Source of the DNA: Kiritimatiellia bacterium
GTDB lineage: Bacteria > Verrucomicrobiota > Kiritimatiellia > RFP12 > UBA3636
DNA: 36,198 nt
Direction of reading: 5' to 3'
Assembly (NCBI GenBank): GCA_051884735.1
Contig: JBJEVW010000263.1
Coordinates: forward strand, 1-36,198
Position 1 is the stretch's first letter. Each line of letters starts with the position of its first letter. The translations under genes were made by a program, and so were the position numbers. Of the stretch, positions 33,207 through 36,198 are shown piece by piece. Below the pieces are notes generated by a model that worked only from the letters and a program-made list of their open reading frames with translations, was not told the DNA's origin and ran no database searches.

Positions 33207-35828
33207 TTATCGCAGAATGAACAACAATCCGGGAATGCCCTTCTCTGCATACAGCGTCCAACCATTCTCCGCATTTCCCTCCGCAAAAACACGAAACCCG
33301 TTTCCGGCGGAAAAGTGCTGACGCTCCGGCAAATCGACGCCTGACACCGAACCGATAGTCCAGCGCGCCCCTTCCGCAATCTTCACTCCGGAATCGTCCG
33401 GAACAATCTCGAACAGCCCGGAAATCGACAATGCGCCGGATGCCCTCAACTCGACCTTGTCGGCTTCCGTACCGGTAGCGGAAACATCCAGACAATAGGT
33501 CGTGCCGGCGGAATCGGACAGCGAACCGGTCGATGAGATGGAAATCGTGCCAAACCCGGTTCCCGTCATCCCGCAAGGCGAAAAATGCGCCTCGTCCGTC
33601 AATTGGAAATCGCCCGTGCAGGTCACCGCGCCATTGCCTGAAATCCGCCGGCGGCAACTGGCCGCCTCCTCTCCGCCCGCAAAATAGGCGAGCGTTGAAA
33701 GCCGGCACAAAACGATACGATTCGCCGCATTGCCCAGCATCCCGTCGACCGATGGATGCGTCGCATCGCCAAGATATAGGATACTCTTGCTCTCGCCATT
33801 GAAATTCTCGCCAATGTACCAGTCGCCGATGAAATCGTTTTCCGGATTGAAAACATGTACCCAAAGGCGTCCATACTGGTCGCTTGTGCAACTCAGCGAA
33901 ATCGGAACGGGAGAATCGTACGAACCGCCGGATATTTTCGCATATAGCCAAAAATCGTAATTGTAGGCCTGGGTGCGGCTGATTTTGAGCGGCGAAGCCA
34001 GCCGGAGGGACAGGCCATCCTCAAGCGACGTGCCGAAATACCAATGGTAAACCTCCATTCTGGATTCCAGCAGAGCCTGCTCCGTTCCGTTATCCAACGT
34101 GAGAACATGTGGTTGCTCGGCCGTCAACCGGATCGTCTGGTTCTTGCCGCGCTCCAAAAGTATGGTTCCTACCGTATAATCGCCGTCTACAAGAATCGTA
34201 TGGTCATCCGACTTCGGGATGACGGCCACATCGCCCGCCACTCCCGGCATAAGCCGTGCGTATGGCCCCGCAATCGTCCAGGCATTTTCATCGCTCCAGG
34301 CTGTCCCCGCAAAACTCCAGGTGAATGTATCGGGCGTATAAAATGCGCGGGTCGTAAATGTCGCAACGTCGACCGACATCTGGAGGGACAAACCGTCATC
34401 CACCGCAAAACGCACGAAATATTGTGTATCGATCTTCAATCCATGGACATCGAGGGAAAGGATACCCGTCTCCGTCACCCCTTCCGCCATGACCACGCTC
34501 GCATCCCAAGCCGCCGGATCATTTCCGCCGTCCGTCGTGCCATAATAGGCTCGCACCGTGACCGGTGTCGCGGCCACCTGCGTCACTTCACAGTTCAAGG
34601 TTGCGTATGTATCGGCAATCCGAGAAACCTGAAGCGCGGAAACGTCTGCCCCCTGACGCTTTTTCGTGGCGACAATCGTCCATCCGGACGAGGCATCGCC
34701 TTCGCATTTGAAATTATAGTCCTCCGGCAGAGAATCCGGCGCAAAGGTGACTGTCTTGGCCTCTTTGGCAATGGTGAAAAGCGTAAACTGGCTTCCCGGT
34801 TCGATAGCCGATTCCTCAACGACCTCAACCTTTCCTCGGAATGTGAAATCCGCAGTCGGTGAAATCGTCACTTGATCGTTTTCTTCCGGGCTCACGGACA
34901 TCCGGAACGTCGTATTCGAATGAACTGAAATCGCATTGCCGACTATGGAAATGGTTCCATGCGGAGAATCCTCCTTTGAGGGGATAAGCACACAGCCGTC
35001 TCCCAAAACAAGATTTCCTTTCGAAGCGATAAACCACTGGTTCTCCAGCTTTTGGGCTTGTATGGAACCGGATCCGCGAACCGTGCGCTTCAACCCCTCC
35101 GCATCGACATTGGCGAGGAGCAAACGGGCGTCTTTGCCTGCGAAAACAATCTCGTTCTCCGGATCGCCGAGCATTCCGTCTGTTGCCGATTTGTTGCCCA
35201 ATCCGAGCACAAGATAGGCGGTTGTCGTATTCGCGGGATCGAATTTGAAATCACCCCGGAATTCGTTGCTTGGATTCGTAAGAATCAGAAATCCGCCCCT
35301 CGACACCGTTATCCGGATGTCCGACGGCTTTTCCGCCGAACCGCCTGTCATCTTCGCTCCAATAATCAGATGACCTTTCGTGTATTCCTGGCTCGCAATT
35401 GCGATATCGACAGGATCCTCCAAATGAAGCGCCATCGCCGATCCCGCCGCCCAATTGCCGATGGACGAACGCGAGTAGTTTGCATTGTAGGCGTCGCACG
35501 TCAGCACGGCCGCCCCCCCGTCGACTCCGGCTAGCGTCAGCGTGTTCGCCCCTTCAAGCGTCCACGCTCCCGACATGCTCCAGTCGAAGGTGGACTTCAG
35601 ATTCAGCTTGGATAACGTTTTGTCGGCAGAGAATGCAATCGTTACTTTGCCCGTAATCGTGGCTTCATCACCAATGACGCCTGGTGCCGTCCGCTCCGAA
35701 TCGGCTGTTTCCCAGACGCCGTCTGCATCCCAGTCCAAATCGGTCGCTCCAATCCAGTTGAAACTGCCTGCCATCGCCGAAAAGGCCATGCTGAAAACCA
35801 ACACCATACCCCATGTACGCTTCTTCAT
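33207..35828 (-). CDS. Secreted 873-aa repeat protein: signal peptide, two beta-helix/adhesin-like modules flanking an Fn3-like domain. Resembles the autotransporter-associated beta-strand repeat proteins of PVC bacteria
   Basis: MKKRTWGMVLVFSMAFSAMAGS is a signal peptide. There is an internal duplication: LTNPSNEFRGDFKF...DGMLGDPENEIVFAGKDARLLL...GSGSIQA versus VFNPENDFIGDWYI...DGMLGNAANRIVLCRLSTLAYF...GNGAVTC. The central segment is VSALQVSRIADTYATLNCEV...YYGTTDGG...YFVRF. A strong RBS (AGGAGAAACAAG) precedes the ATG. Confidence 0.7.
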   Translation of the reverse strand: MKKRTWGMVLVFSMAFSAMAGSFNWIGATDLDWDADGVWETADSERTAPGVIGDEATITGKVTIAFSADKTLSKLNLKSTFDWSMSGAWTLEGANTLTLAGVDGGAAVLTCDAYNANYSRSSIGNWAAGSAMALHLEDPVDIAIASQEYTKGHLIIGAKMTGGSAEKPSDIRITVSRGGFLILTNPSNEFRGDFKFDPANTTTAYLVLGLGNKSATDGMLGDPENEIVFAGKDARLLLANVDAEGLKRTVRGSGSIQAQKLENQWFIASKGNLVLGDGCVLIPSKEDSPHGTISIVGNAISVHSNTTFRMSVSPEENDQVTISPTADFTFRGKVEVVEESAIEPGSQFTLFTIAKEAKTVTFAPDSLPEDYNFKCEGDASSGWTIVATKKRQGADVSALQVSRIADTYATLNCEVTQVAATPVTVRAYYGTTDGGNDPAAWDASVVMAEGVTETGILSLDVHGLKIDTQYFVRFAVDDGLSLQMSVDVATFTTRAFYTPDTFTWSFAGTAWSDENAWTIAGPYARLMPGVAGDVAVIPKSDDHTILVDGDYTVGTILLERGKNQTIRLTAEQPHVLTLDNGTEQALLESRMEVYHWYFGTSLEDGLSLRLASPLKISRTQAYNYDFWLYAKISGGSYDSPVPISLSCTSDQYGRLWVHVFNPENDFIGDWYIGENFNGESKSILYLGDATHPSVDGMLGNAANRIVLCRLSTLAYFAGGEEAASCRRRISGNGAVTCTGDFQLTDEAHFSPCGMTGTGFGTISISSTGSLSDSAGTTYCLDVSATGTEADKVELRASGALSISGLFEIVPDDSGVKIAEGARWTIGSVSGVDLPERQHFSAGNGFRVFAEGNAENGWTLYAEKGIPGLLFILR

Positions 35829-35917
35829 CTTGTTTCTCCTGTTATTCGAAAATCGCGGCGAGCCTCAGTTACACATCCGTCTCGCAAAACACGATAATAA
35901 TCCAACCGGCGGGCAAT

Positions 35918-36198
35918 CTATCGCTTCTCCCAGACGCGGACATAGTCGATCAACGCCTCGTCTTCTTCGGGCATCTCCTTCTCCCAGCCGCCTCCATCGG
36001 GCCCCGCCCAAGGTGCGGCTTCTATGGATAGTTTAATGTAGCCTGGCTCCGTCGGAACGCCCTGCGACTTCACCCGCGCACCGCCTTCCTTGCCGAGGCC
36101 CTTGAGATCCGTCCTCCAGGTGACATAACCGTCAATCGTAAAGACTAGTGTGCTGTTCTGTAAATAACTTTCCCTTGACTCCTCCCTGGGAAACGGGT
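35918..36198 (-). CDS. 3-prime end (93 codons) of a gene cut by the window edge. The C-terminus resembles a concanavalin-A-like lectin/glucanase fold (GH16-like)
   Basis: My own translation of the minus strand gives ...SRESYLQNSTLVFTIDGYVTWRTDLKGLGKEGGARVKSQGVPTEPGYIKLSIEAAPWAGPDGGGWEKEMPEEDEALIDYVRVWEKR-stop (TAG at 35918-35920). It is open to the window end. The xFxIDG... and IDYVRV(W/Y) endings are typical of GH16/LamG-type jelly rolls. It is not in the ORF track because it is partial. Confidence 0.5.
   Translation of the reverse strand, partial: PFPREESRESYLQNSTLVFTIDGYVTWRTDLKGLGKEGGARVKSQGVPTEPGYIKLSIEAAPWAGPDGGGWEKEMPEEDEALIDYVRVWEKR

Noticed and set aside
33207-33240. PEP-CTERM, LPXTG or GlyGly-CTERM sorting signal at the C-terminus of the 873-aa protein.
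   Set aside because: The tail KGIPGLLFILR has no PEP, LPXTG or GG motif and is too short for a transmembrane helix plus a basic cluster.
1-36198. tRNA, rRNA, tmRNA, RNase P, SRP RNA, transposase or integrase genes, and prophage or defence-island hallmarks.
   Set aside because: I scanned the intergenic regions for GGTTCGAAT-type T-arms, the RNase P GAAAGTCC motif, the tmRNA 5-prime end and the SRP GGAA motifs, and found nothing. No ORF shows DDE, tyrosine or serine recombinase, or phage structural signatures. A covariance-model scan (Infernal/Rfam, tRNAscan-SE) would be the decisive check.

Overview
High-GC (about 60% by eye) bacterial chromosomal segment. From 2350 to the right edge, every gene I accept is on the minus strand.

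Housekeeping content:
- A fused str-S10-spc ribosomal super-operon (rpsL-rpsG-fusA-rpsJ...rpsE-rplO, 19936-32042).
- An AI-2E family transporter.
- A dapL-folD-aminotransferase-trmL-mnmA operon.
- An SDR oxidoreductase.
- An 873-aa secreted repeat protein, and the 3-prime end of a GH16/ConA-like gene at the right edge.

The LL-DAP aminotransferase, the r-protein tail extensions and the beta-helix-like secreted protein hint at a PVC-superphylum host (low confidence).

Accessory content (left 12 kb):
- A plus-strand Y-family DNA polymerase with a short YolD-like gene.
- A 1,625-bp segment carrying an AAA-ATPase/PD-(D/E)xK gene, present twice in tandem with one mismatch.
- A mosaic scar made of fragments of a yolD-like and an ATP-grasp-fusion coding sequence.
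- A four-gene circularly permuted ATP-grasp / alpha-E / transglutaminase operon. This is a computationally predicted peptide-ligase system with no known biochemistry, and its fusion member looks catalytically degenerate.

The non-coding DNA is unusually structured:
- About 96-bp units built from CTTTGTG boxes lie at 1-175 and 32215-32575.
- A modular GC-rich hairpin (REP-like) family occupies at least four intergenic regions.
- A 399-bp inverted-repeat-bounded element contains three consecutive hairpins, one of them a perfect 24-bp palindrome.

I recognised no rRNA, tRNA, CRISPR array, transposase or integrase. I see no compelling evidence for an entirely new multi-gene system. The best candidates for follow-up are the ATP-grasp/alpha-E/transglutaminase operon, the duplicated ATPase-nuclease islet with its recombination scar, and the repeat families upstream of rpsL.
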